Below, one piece after another: positions 10,017 through 21,744 of a DNA stretch of 64,000 nt. The stretch lies in assembly GCF_006345805.1 (NCBI RefSeq), contig NC_043011.1, forward strand, positions 19,542,464 through 19,606,463. Direction: 5' to 3'. Origin of the DNA: Octopus sinensis (Eukaryota). Position 1 is the first letter of the stretch. Each line of letters starts with the position of its first letter. Position numbers and translations under genes: made by a program. The notes beneath the pieces were generated by a model. That model did no database searches. It was not told where the DNA came from and worked only from the letters and a program-made list of their open reading frames with translations.

Positions 10017-12921
10017 TTATCTCATCCTACTTCTGCTCTTGATTCCGCGTCATTCGTGTGCAAGTATCTACTTTTTAATTTATTTTACCTAAGTTTTTAT
10101 AAGCTACTTTGATTAACATAAATATTCCATCTAGGTCCATAGCGTTAGAGTCGATGTGGGAAAGCCCGATCCCTCAATTTAATTTATTAATCAATCATTT
10201 AAACTGGACCCAAGTGGTCAGGAAAACAGTTTCTTCACATAGGAGTATAGGATTAATTTTCAGTAAACCTATAATTAAATACGGGTTTTGAGAAGTATTC
10301 AAACACAGATGGGGAATCAAGAGAGAGGTACCCCGATGGCAAACAAGCAAATCATTAGGGAACTAGATAAAATCATTCTTATATGCACATTTATACAACT
10401 ATTAAATTATTAATAAATTTAATAATTCTAAATTTAGTCACTGAATGGTTCTATATAGTTAATTAGAGTAAAATTTAATATTGAACTATGTTTAATAGAA
10501 TATAACAAAATATATTATAAAATAATTTTTCTTTAAAAAAGAAAATAGATTTTCAATATACTTTGATAACTCATTTTCGCAATTCGAATGTGATTCAACA
10601 ATAAATCAGCACTATTTTCTCCATGAGTTTACCAGCTCACTTGCGTTAGCTATCACCTTTATAATTTTGTTTCTTTTCATCAAATTAATTTTCTTTCTGG
10701 ATGGTCAACTGAAAAGTGAATGATGAAGATTTATCTTGTTATTTTTATCTTTTTATAAGCATAGATATTAATCAGTTTTTTCCTGATTATTAAAGCCTTT
10801 GATTTAGATTACTACGTAATGTATTAAATTTATAATCCTGGTTTTAGATTTAATTTTATTCTCAGCTAAAAAAGTATATCGGTTTACCTTACTCCGTGTT
10901 CACCCATGACGAAAACGCTTGAAACTGACCTTTTGTGTATTCAACATTTTTGAAAATATTTGTTTGTTATTTCAGATAAAGATGGCAAATGCAGCTAAAA
11001 AATTATAGACAATATTCTGTCGAATATCTTGCTTATGTATTCATTAAATTTCCACAAAATTCTACCATGCCTATGTGTCTGCTATGCCCGACTTCATTCT
11101 CAAATGAAATTATGCGACCCTGCAAGCTAATAAAAACATCTGGAGACCGCACATAGAGATAAGAAATTCAAGCCTCTAAATTTCATCAAACCTGACAGTG
11201 GATCAAATGTTCACTCAAAAAGCAGCAAAAGTAGGCTTTTTACAAGATAGCAACTTTACTTGCAAAAGCTGGTAAGCCTCACAACACTGAGGAATCTTTG
11301 ATCATGCTTGCAGTGGCTGTAATGGATCAGAGTCCACAACAGGTTACTCGAGTTATTCCTCTGAGCAACTTATCAGTATCAGAACGGATTGATAAAATGG
11401 CATCTGGTGTTGAAAAGTTAGGGTAAATGAGTTCTCACTTCAAATAGATAAATCAACTCTACCTGATAATTCTGCTTTTTTAATGCCATTTGTTAGGTTT
11501 GTTAATGTTAATGATATATGTCAAGAATTGCTTTTTGCTTTGAAATTGACGACAGACACAAAAGGAGAATCCATCTTCAAAACCCTTGAAGCATATTTTG
11601 AGGAGAACAACATCCCATTGAAGAACATTGTGGCTTGTGCAACAGATGGCGCTGCTGCTATGATCGGAAGATATCGGGGATTCGGTGCTTACTTAAAAAC
11701 GATGTTCCTAATGTGCTTTGTGTGCACTGTGTTCCTCGACAACATCTAGTTGCCAAACACATAGCAGGACGTTTGAATTATGCACTTATATATGTTATCA
11801 AAGCTGTCAACTTGATAAAAAAGTATGCATTGCAAGATCACCTCTTTATGTGAACATAACTACGAGGAATTTGAACGACTTGTGATGCATATTGAAATCA
11901 AATGGCTATACAAGGGTAATTGCTCGCATCTCTTTATTGCAATTTAGGGCACTGTTATCGCTTTTTTGAGTGAAACAGAACTTGGAGAGAAAGTTATTGA
12001 TGCAAAGAGCGATATTTTTAACTTGCTTGACACACTTGAAAAGCTAAATGTCCTTAACAAAGAACTTCAAGGAAATAACTCCACTTTCTTTTCTTGCAAA
12101 GAGAAAATTAAAATCTTCAACGGGAAGCTAAAATTATTCTGGCTGGATCTTGGAAGATGGGAATTTGCACAGTTCCTTACTTAGCAAGCATATTCACCGA
12201 GATGCTTGATGAAGACTTAACAGTTGATGTGGATCATTTGAAGCATTTACATAATGATATGGAAATTCGCTTCTCTGATTTACTCCAAGTGACGGTGCCG
12301 CAGTGGCTTGTGGATCCCTTCGTTGTTGATTCATCTGAAGTCGATATTGACATACAAGAAAGATTCATTAAACTTCAACATAATACAGCGGTTCAAGCAA
12401 TGTTCAAGTATGGAAGATTCCAGAAGCTTTGCATGAATGAAGAGATCTCTAAAAAGTACCCATTACTCTGGAAAAACGCTAAGTTGTTTTTACTCACTTT
12501 CCCATCTTATTTAGTTGAGTCAGGTTTCAGTCGGATGATATTTCTATTGTCAAAGACTCGGAATTTCCTTGACGTAGAACGAAGAGGAGATTTACGCCTC
12601 TCACTGACGGCTTTGTAACCAAACATTGACAAGGTGGTAACCCTGCATCAGCCACAGGGATCCCATTGAAATCAGGCAATATAAACTGAAGTTTTTATAT
12701 TTTTTGCTTTGTAAATGTAAATAACTTTATTTAGATGAAATATTTCTTCAACTATTTTATTTATTTCCAAGTGGAGTGGATGCTTTGAAGCAAAACAGAA
12801 ACCTTTTATATTTCTTTCTACTTATTTAGATGCATTAAGTTGAGGGACAAACTGGGGATAAAACCTTAAATTAGTACGGGGCCATAACGATTTCGCACTG
12901 AATTAAAGGTGAGAAACACTG
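9398..12921 (+). mobile_element. hAT (Buster/Charlie-type) DNA transposon, decayed
   Basis: The 3' end is ...gagaaacactg (12921). A degenerate 5' end, cacaatatctcaac...ggggccac, lies at ~9398. The transposase relic is inside. The 5' boundary is uncertain. Confidence 0.6.
10982..12669 (+). pseudogene. Buster-family hAT transposase pseudogene
   Basis: Multiple frameshifts and stops. Motifs: MANAAK..RQYSVEYLAY, BED finger MCLLC..HLETAH, LQIDKST, CATDGAAAMIGRYRGF, VHCV..RQHL, SYLVESGFS, RGDLRLSLT..PNIDKVVTLHQPQGSH*. Confidence 0.9.
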
Positions 12922-15701
12922 GTTTGAGACTTGTTAATTTTAATCATATTTATACTCACTTCCAAAATTAGTTTAAATATAACGCTTCGCGTGCGATACG
13001 CTGTTAGTGATATTAATTCTATTAGAAAGACAGCAGATTTTTTGCCTTGTGTTTTTGTTATTTTTAAAGACTACGTTTGTAGTCCGTCGTAGTAGTACGG
13101 ATGTATTATCTTCAAGTGGGATTTACATTTCTTTAAAATTGGACGTTTGATATATTTCTTTTTAAGCATATATCAAATTATGTCTCCTAAGATATCTTTG
13201 TTTCAGGCAACAAACGGTTTCGTGTAAATTTTAATTTGATCAATTGTTTTAGAAAATTGAAGCAATAGCATTGTTATGTCTTTAAAGATATGATCGTTTT
13301 TAATTAAAACCATTTTCTCAGATCAATATTTGATTATTACTTTTTTTTATATATTTGTTTGGTTGGCGAAGAATATTGAGATGCTACTTTTACAAAGAAT
13401 TGATTTCTTTCTGAACCGATCTGTATAGCCGTTATGAGATTATATTACTCTAATACTTTGCATTTTGTTTACAAGCGTGTACATGTATGAGACTGATATC
13501 GACAGGCCGTGTTCAGCCACTTCAATGAGTTATGTGTTTTCATGTGTATATATCCTGCAAATTGTTTGAGCATTTTTACGTGTATTCCCGTGTGAATATA
13601 TAATGAATAGGCATACTTTAGAGGAATACAATCTGGAATATAGTATTTTACTGATATATATATAATGAAATAAACAATATTTCAAATGCAAAAGTGATAC
13701 ATGTATATTTGTTTACATCAAAACAGTAATATATTTTCAGAATATTAGGTGTATTTGTTTGTCCTCCCATAAAATTTATAACAGACGATATCATAATGCT
13801 CTGGAAACGGACATAAAGCACTCTAATTCAAAACTTGGATTTATAACGTTATTTACTACTATTTAATTATGTTTGTTGTTAAGAACGACGCGTTTGACTT
13901 CGATATTTTTCCAGTTTTCTAATGGTAGAGCAATTACCAAGTTTCCAAGAAATGTATACAACGTATAGGATTCCAAAATGCAGGAAAAGCATAGAAATAT
14001 TTACTTTAGTTCAAGGAAATATATTTATGATGTACTGCATAATGTATGAATAGAGCACTCTCAGTCTATTTTCCTTTTTCTGTTACATGTGCATATGCAA
14101 AATTTACAATAGTATGTTACATGTATGGTGTGCTTTCGTTTCAGAATATTATTCACATAAATAAATCACACGATGCACGTTTATTGTCATGCTTTGTTTA
14201 GAAATAGTTGTTTCTCCTAAGCGCGGAAAGTATATTTTATGTGCGTTATCAGCTTTTTTTTTTTTTTTAGCTCAGACAGCTTGCCTAACAGACATTCACG
14301 TAAATTATCATAGTACGCAGAGTTAGAATTAACTTAATCAATATCGTTCGTTTTATTGAGAATGAGGCTATATTCTGGAAATAATTTCATTTCTTCACTA
14401 ATAATTAATTTTCTCTCAGAGAAAAAAATGCTGAATTACAATTTATAAATGCTAATTATAAAATGAAATAAAGAAGGTGACTGTCATTATATTGGTAAAA
14501 AGAAAACATTGCCAAAGTAAGAACAGTAGGTCTGTCGATTCTTCCAGTTTTGTTATCCAGTTCTCTCAAGATGTGGAACTTATTCGAAGATTTTATATAG
14601 TTTTCATAATGTTTAAGTAGTTTGAATCAAATGCAGATCTGACAACATGAAGTGTACAAATGCCTTTGTAATCCAGCTCTGATACTGAATTTTAGAAAGG
14701 GCTGATGCATTAAAACCCGCATTTTTTTAACTCGCATGATCGAAAACAAATAGAGATGAATGAAAGCTTTAAAGGAAGTAAGTCTTTTACATATTTGTTA
14801 TAGAACTACGCATGTATGTTTCTCTGTATTGCATTTACGAGATGTCAGTTTCGTCCCACGCAAGCGAATATTCATGCAAGTCAATGAAACTATGTAAGCA
14901 AACAGAAGTAATAATAAAACAATACTCAGGCAAATGAACCGAAGTCAGCATATACTGAATACGTCAGCCCTGAGTCAGTGACATGGATTAAATATGAAAA
15001 TCCAAACAGCACTTTCAAATATAAAATATTTCAACCACCTCCACTAAACTTCAGTAGAATGGAAATTTTTGAAAGAACTCAGTTTACTGCTTTGTGGGAT
15101 AAAATATAATTTTAGTAGCCATCCGATTATCTCTACACTACACTAGAAATCTTCAAATATACATTGTAATCTATTCGATTAGCGTTCAGATGTTTTACCA
15201 CAAGAGTTGATAAAATTTGCAAGTCAGTTGCTTCGTCTTCTACGGGTATAATGCAGTTAATAGAAATCAGTATAATACAATCGGACAATGGACAGACGAG
15301 CACAAAAGAGACCGAGAGAATAGATGAACCTACCCCGGTACTAAACTGGAATTACCTTTCATCCTTTCGAGGTTGAGCGGATGAACGGTAATTTTGACCA
15401 TAGCTTGATTTGAAAGTCAACCCCACAGGCGACTCTATGTATTCTATCCAACAGAGTAATGCTTTTAAGAACTTTCATCCTTTAAAAAATTAACCTAGTG
15501 TTTATGGGAATTTTATAAATTTACCAAATTTTGGTCTCATATTTTGGCACATGACTAGCAATTTCAAGTCTCGGAGCGAGTGGATTACAACGACCCCAAT
15601 GTACAAATGTAACTTATTTTATCAGCCTCGAAAGGGTGAAAAGCAAAGTAGACCATGGCTGAATTTTGAAATCAGTGTTTGTGTATGTGTGTACGTATGT
15701 G

Positions 15702-15752
<51 letters not shown>

Positions 15753-15828
15753 TATATACATATATAAGATATATATGTATATATACGTATATTATTATAT
15801 ACATGTGTGTATATATATATTTATATAC

Positions 15829-15897
<69 letters not shown>

Positions 15898-16659
15898 CAT
15901 ATATAATTCATTGTATATATAATTTATATAAATAGAGAGAGAGTGATAATGTGAGATAGATTCTGAGAGAGAGATATATTTCGATAGATAGATGCATAGA
16001 TAACAGAACAATACCGATGAATATGTAAGATGTTTCCTCAGATCCTACAAGTTCAAGTTTCCATTCTCCACAGCATGACCTTTTGGCAAATATTATTTTA
16101 TAAAGTCTCGAACGAATCATATCGTCTGAGTGTAAGTGGATAGAAAGAAAATGTACAAAATCCTTTCGATGGAGTGTATCTGCAAATAACGTCCGAGGTT
16201 CTCGTACCATCTCAGGGGTTTCCACCAAGGAATACTAACCTACACGATAATTCAATGAATCAGGTCTTAATCGAAATCTGATATTCAGGCTTCAGAAATT
16301 CTGAAGTAGACACACACACACAAACATATACACATGCATACACATACATACATAGGTACATAGTACATACATACTCACCCACTTACACACCTATATATAT
16401 TCTTTTTTCCCAAGATCTTAGACCTCCCCCCTTGGAGTAAGCATGCTGTCCAGCAGAGCAAAAGAATAATTTTCTTCTTCTTCCCTCTCCCATCCCCTAT
16501 TTTTCTTTAGCACTCGTTCCAAATACAAAAGCACACACACACACAGACACATGCTCTCTCTCTCTGTCTTACTGCCTCCTCATCCATCGCCCTCTTGTAC
16601 TGTCTTATATTCCTCCCCACCACTATAAAATGGTCAAAACGTTTAACACAGGAACTTAG

Positions 16660-16794
16660 TTTGATTTGAAAACCCCACAAGAATGGGAGAAAGCGCTAAT
16701 ACATGATCTAATTTATATGATGTATAAAAACATGTAACATACAAATAAATATCTGTAAATATAAAACCATCCGATTTTCTGAGTACCGCATTTC

Positions 16795-16800
<6 letters not shown>
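16660..16800 (+). repeat. Single-arm copy of the 46493-46806 fold-back family, ending in (TA)n
   Basis: tgatgtataaaaacatgtaa...aaccatccgattttctgagtaccgcatttcttctaata matches ~46720-46802. Confidence 0.7.
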
Positions 16801-16844
<44 letters not shown>

Positions 16845-16847
<3 letters not shown>

Positions 16848-17100
16848 CTTCGGAACAGCTTACTCGTGAAATTAAGGCGCAAGTGGCTGAGCGTTCCACA
16901 GACATGCATACTCTCAACGTAGTTCTGGGAGAGATTCAGCGTGGCACAGATTGTGACAAGACTGATCCTTTGTTACACAGTTACTTCTCACATTTGCGAG
17001 CCGATTGGTTTGACGCACCGGTGGGGATCGAACTGATGACCATACGATTGTGAGCCGAATACCCTAAACACTAGGCCGTGGATTCGAATCCCACCAGCGA
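16845..17100 (-). mobile_element. tRNA-derived SINE
   Basis: Shares its tail domain (cagcttactcgtgaaattaagg..acagacatgc..aacgtagttc) with 17850-18030 and has a tRNA-like head on the minus strand. Confidence 0.65.
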
Positions 17101-17236
17101 TGATTTACATACATACACACAGACACAGAAACACGCACATGTATGTGTGTGTGAAAATATGCAGGCGCGCACACACACACAGACACACACGCGCACACGC
17201 GCACACACATATATATAGAGAGAGACAGAGAGATTG

Positions 17237-17515
17237 GGAAGGCAATTAGTTTAATGGTTAGGGTATTCAGCTGACGATCATTCTATCGTAAGTTCGATTC
17301 CCGTGACGCGTTGTGTTCTTGAGCAAGATACTTCATTTCAGATTGCTCCTGTCCAGTCACCTGGTGAAAATGAGTAGTACCTATATTGCAAAAAGGCCAG
17401 TCTTGTCACATTCTGTGTCACACTGACTCTTACTAAGAGCTACGTTAAGAGTATGCGCTGTTTCGTTGATCGGGTGAACTGGAACATTTGTCGTCGTAAC
17501 CGACAGAGAGATAGT
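17237..17515 (+). mobile_element. tRNA-derived SINE
   Basis: A box agtttaatggttagg, B box gttcgattcc, central domain ttgagcaagatacttcatttc. Confidence 0.7.
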
Positions 17516-17724
17516 CACATATATATAGTAATTAGCTCCAAAAAATACTTTGAAATTATTTAATATAACACGATCGCATCTGCGTTCTCAAAATTCCATG
17601 CTACGCGATACAATATGTTTCTTACTTTAATGTTGTACAACTAGCTTTCAATTCATATATACACGCACACACATACATACATAGGTGCAAACGAACATAT
17701 ACACACGCGCGCGCGCGCGCACCC

Positions 17725-17761
<37 letters not shown>

Positions 17762-17849
17762 ACACACACACACACACGCACACGCACACACATACACACA
17801 CACACACACACACGCATATATATAAGTATATGTATATCTATACAACTGC

Positions 17850-18030
17850 CATTCCTTCGGAACAGCTTACTCGTGAAATTAAGGTGCAAGAGGTTGAGCG
17901 ATCCACAGACATGCCTACCTTTAACGTAGTTCCCGGAGTGATTCAGAGTGGCACAGAATGTTACAAGACTTGTCCTTTGTCACACAGTTACTACTCACAT
18001 TTGCGAGCTGAGTGGATTGAGGCAACGTGA
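17850..18030 (-). mobile_element. SINE 3' fragment
   Basis: Diverged repeat of 16845-17000. Confidence 0.65.
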
Positions 18031-18099
18031 AAAAAAATGTGTAAAAGAACCAAACATTCAGCAGCATTTATTTTGCTTTCACTTATAAAAAGCTAATTG

Positions 18100-19050
18100 T
18101 GATTAAAAGAACTGCGAAGATGCAGCAAATATAGAAGAGAAAGGAGAAAAGGATGGTGTGAGCATGTTTAATAATTCATTGCATTTGTTAACAGAATTGC
18201 TTAACAGACTCATTGATTTACAGTTCTGATGTCAACATATTAAGTAATGTACTATCACGTTTAAAATATTAGTCTACCATCACATTTGGCATGATTTTAA
18301 AGGTATCAGATTCATTATCTTGTCTCTTGATAACAATCTTGATGCTGAAATATCGATTGTACACTTCTATAATAGCTATTTTAAGAATTGTATGTTATGT
18401 TTTCAGTAATTTACTTCTACAACCCCTGTAATTGGAGGTTATAGAAAACTAGTGTTCTGTACGACCCTATTGATATTCAGCTGAAGCGCCAAGTAATTCA
18501 CATGTCGAAAGGTTAAGCTACATTGTAAAATATTTTAAAGCAAATTGTTAACTACACTAAGTTAGTCGGAATTTTTTTCTTTTGGAGTATTGCCGGCTTC
18601 TAGCTAAAATATTTGCTGTTACGTGTATGCTGTAGAAGTGTTACTTATCGTTTCAAGAAACCAAATATAGCATATAATCATCTTAATGTTTTACTGGATT
18701 TGATACTTTTCTTCCATTAATCACAATGTATTGATGGAAATGTTAACCCTGTTTGTATTATCTATATTTGGCATGGTTTTAGGTATAGAATTTCAAGATA
18801 AGATTGAGGGTATATTTACACATTCACGTTCTATCGAAGTTGATCTAAGCTATCAATCTTGTTTTCACCATATGTTTGCCATCATGAGCTTATATATTAA
18901 AATTTCCCTATTTCTATTATTGCACTTTCTTTTTATCGAATATCATGCTTCAAAGATTTCTAAATATATTTCAGATATAATGTTTGCAAAATATTCCAAT
19001 ATTCATTTCGTAATTATTAGTCTTCCTTGAATAGCTGCTATAAACTTGCA
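18100..19050 (-). pseudogene. Possible very old LINE reverse-transcriptase relic
   Basis: Faint collinear motifs only: a YADD-like *AHD at ~18880 and FKIFYNVA*PFDM*ITW resembling LFYNAYI.PHLDYC.TIW. Many stops. Confidence 0.3.
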
Positions 19051-19079
19051 ACTATAAAACAACCGTGAACGTGTCTTTT

Positions 19080-19700
19080 CTTTTTATCTTCTGCTTGTTT
19101 GCGTCATTAGATTGCAGTTATGCTGCAACAATGCATTTGAAGAATGTTATTCGAACAAATCGACCCCAGTATTCTTGCTTAAGTCTGGTACTTATTCTAG
19201 CTATATCTTTGCCGAACCGCTCCGTTACAGGTACGTAAACACCAGCACCGTTTGATGGGGTACGACGTAAACACAAACACACGCACATATTTCTTTACTG
19301 CCCACAAGAGGGGACAAACAAGGACAGACAAAGGGATTAAGTCGATTACATCGACCCCAGTGCGAAACTGGTATTTTATTTATCGACGCTGAAAGGATGA
19401 AAGGCGAAGTCGACCTCGGCGGAATTTGATCTCAGCACGTACGACAGACGAAATACCGCTAAGCATTTCGACCGGTGCGCTAACGTTTCTGCCAGCTCGC
19501 CGCCTTCCAAACACACGCACATAGATGCATACACATTTATGACGGGAATCTTTCCGTCTACGTCTATCAAATACACTCACAATTCTTTAATCAGCCCGGG
19601 GTTATAGGAGAAAACATTTTCCCAAATTGCTACGCACAACGACTAAAACCAGAACCATATGGGTGGGAAGGAAACTGCTCGCCACAGTGCCACGAATGGA
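19080..19700 (-). mobile_element. Cluster of three SINE fragments
   Basis: 19290-19505 is the reverse complement of the family at 20177-20480. The flanking pieces match the families at 48535-48905. Confidence 0.65.
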
Positions 19701-20176
19701 TTGCTATTAGAAGCAATATTTCAAGTTGTTTTTTAACTTTAAAGTTTTCCAAAATTACCCGTACATTGTAAAATTACATTAAACAAGGAAAATGATTAGT
19801 GAAGAATTTCAAGTGTGGTAATTTTTCAAAATAACTTTTAACAAGTGACTATAATTAAGTTTAATCTATTTTCATCTGTCATATTGCAAACATACAAGAT
19901 AATATAGAAACTATGGAAAACATCCAGAACATTAAATATTACTATTATTTATTTTTTTAACAAATCAATAGGAGCCAATTCCAGCTGAATGCATGGATGC
20001 GGATATTTAGTGTATGTGGAGAGGCACCGTAGCCTTTATGGAAATATAAATTGTAAATTCACTAGCATCATTAGTTTAACTTTAGAGCGAAAATTGTAGA
20101 GGCAATTCTTAGCAATTCCCAAAGAGGAGTAAATAATTTAATTAAAATATATTTACCTCTTGAAATGAATATATTA

Positions 20177-20480
20177 GCGGTGAGCTGGCAGAAACGTTAG
20201 CACGCCGGGCGAAAGGCGTAGCCGTATTTCGTCTGCCGTATGCCTGTCCTTGTTTGTCCCCTCTGTGTTTAGCCCCTTGTGGGTAGTAAAGAAATAGGTA
20301 TTTCGTCTGCCGCTACATTCTGAGTTCAAATTCCGCCGAGGTAGACTTTGCCTTTCATCCTATCGGGGTCGATTAAATAAGTAACAGTTACGCACTGGGG
20401 TCGATGTAATCGACTTAATCCGTGTGTCTGTCCTTGTTTGTCCTCTCTGTGTTTGGCCCCTTGTGGGTAGTAAAGAAATA
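20177..20480 (+). mobile_element. tRNA-derived SINE with internal tail/head duplication
   Basis: Head gcggtgagctggcagaaacgttagc, B box gagttcaaattcc. The tail appears twice (20241-20297 and ~20425-20480). Confidence 0.8.
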
Positions 20481-20759
20481 GATATAAGCTTAGGAATGGC
20501 ACGTGAAATTTTTGTTTCTACATATTAAAGAAAAGTATGGCTATATCTTGCTCTATTTAACTCATCAATATAATATGCTTTATCAATAAATCCAACCGAT
20601 CAGTTGGCAATAATATTTACGTAAAGAAAAGAAGATGAATGTGATAAATTTACACAACGTGATTTTGTAAACTGTGCTCACTGATACAATTGTTGCTGTA
20701 GTTGCTGTTGCTGTTGATGCAGTTGCTGTTGCGATGGAAGAAGTTCGAAACGTGGTCTT

Positions 20760-21010
20760 TTGCTATTCGTAAGACCCGCAGAAGAAAAAGCAGGTCAACC
20801 CCCGACACCGGGAGCATCGACGGATGGATGAATGCGCATCCAGACTCAGCGGTTGCGTAGGAAGTCGGGGGGACATGAAACAGGAAGAAAGAGTGAGAGA
20901 AAGTTGGGGCGAAAGAGTACAACAGGGATCGCCACCGCCCCCTGCCAGAGCCTCGTTGAGCTTCAGTCCACTGCCCTAACAACTGGGCCATCGCGCCTCC
21001 ACTACTGTTG
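20760..21010 (-). mobile_element. Internally deleted SINE flanked by CAG/CAA-rich low-complexity sequence
   Basis: Minus strand gtggaggcgcgatggcccagttgttagggcagtggact...gaggctctggcagg...actttctctcactctttc matches the family at 53960-54245. Confidence 0.65.
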
Positions 21011-21464
21011 TTGTTGCTGGTAGTGGTGGCGTTGTGGTGCTGGCGGTGATGCTGCTGCTGTTATAGTTATTTTTTTACAACTCCGAAATGAAGTTCAATT
21101 TTTAATTCTCAGCATAGATGATCGTAAGCATTGAGACTTGATCATAATATTTTGTTACCGCTGTTTAAGATATTTTCTGTACCCTGTTCTAATATTCAAG
21201 TTAAGAATTAGTGAGATTTTCAGCTATTTCGAAAAGGCCATACGAATACACACGCTCACGTACACACGCTTGTGCTCGCGTGCAATAACTTTTTACATAT
21301 TGCTATCTTTTGTGACACAGAGTTGTACGATATAACGTGTTTCTATAAATTATACAGACCATCTATCATAGAACAAAAATATTTTCGTGATAATCTTTGA
21401 AACGCCCCGAAACGATTAACGCTCATGCAATATATGCTATTTGTTTGTAAATATAATTCAACAA

Positions 21465-21510
<46 letters not shown>

Positions 21511-21701
21511 CATGCATATATACACATATGCCTGTATATATATATATATATAAACATGCATATATACACATATGCATATTAAATATATTATATATATATA
21601 CATATATATATATAATATATATATACATATATACATATATACACATATGCATATATACAGATATATATGTATATATATATATAACATATGCATATATATA
21701 T

Positions 21702-21744
<43 letters not shown>

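Noticed and set aside
9390-12929. 8-bp TSD for the hAT element
   Set aside because: The flanks gtctacac and gtttgaga match at only 4 of 8 positions.
20650-21023. GC-rich ORFs (113 aa and 63 aa) as a host exon
   Set aside because: Explained by a SINE plus CAG/CAA-type low-complexity flanks.
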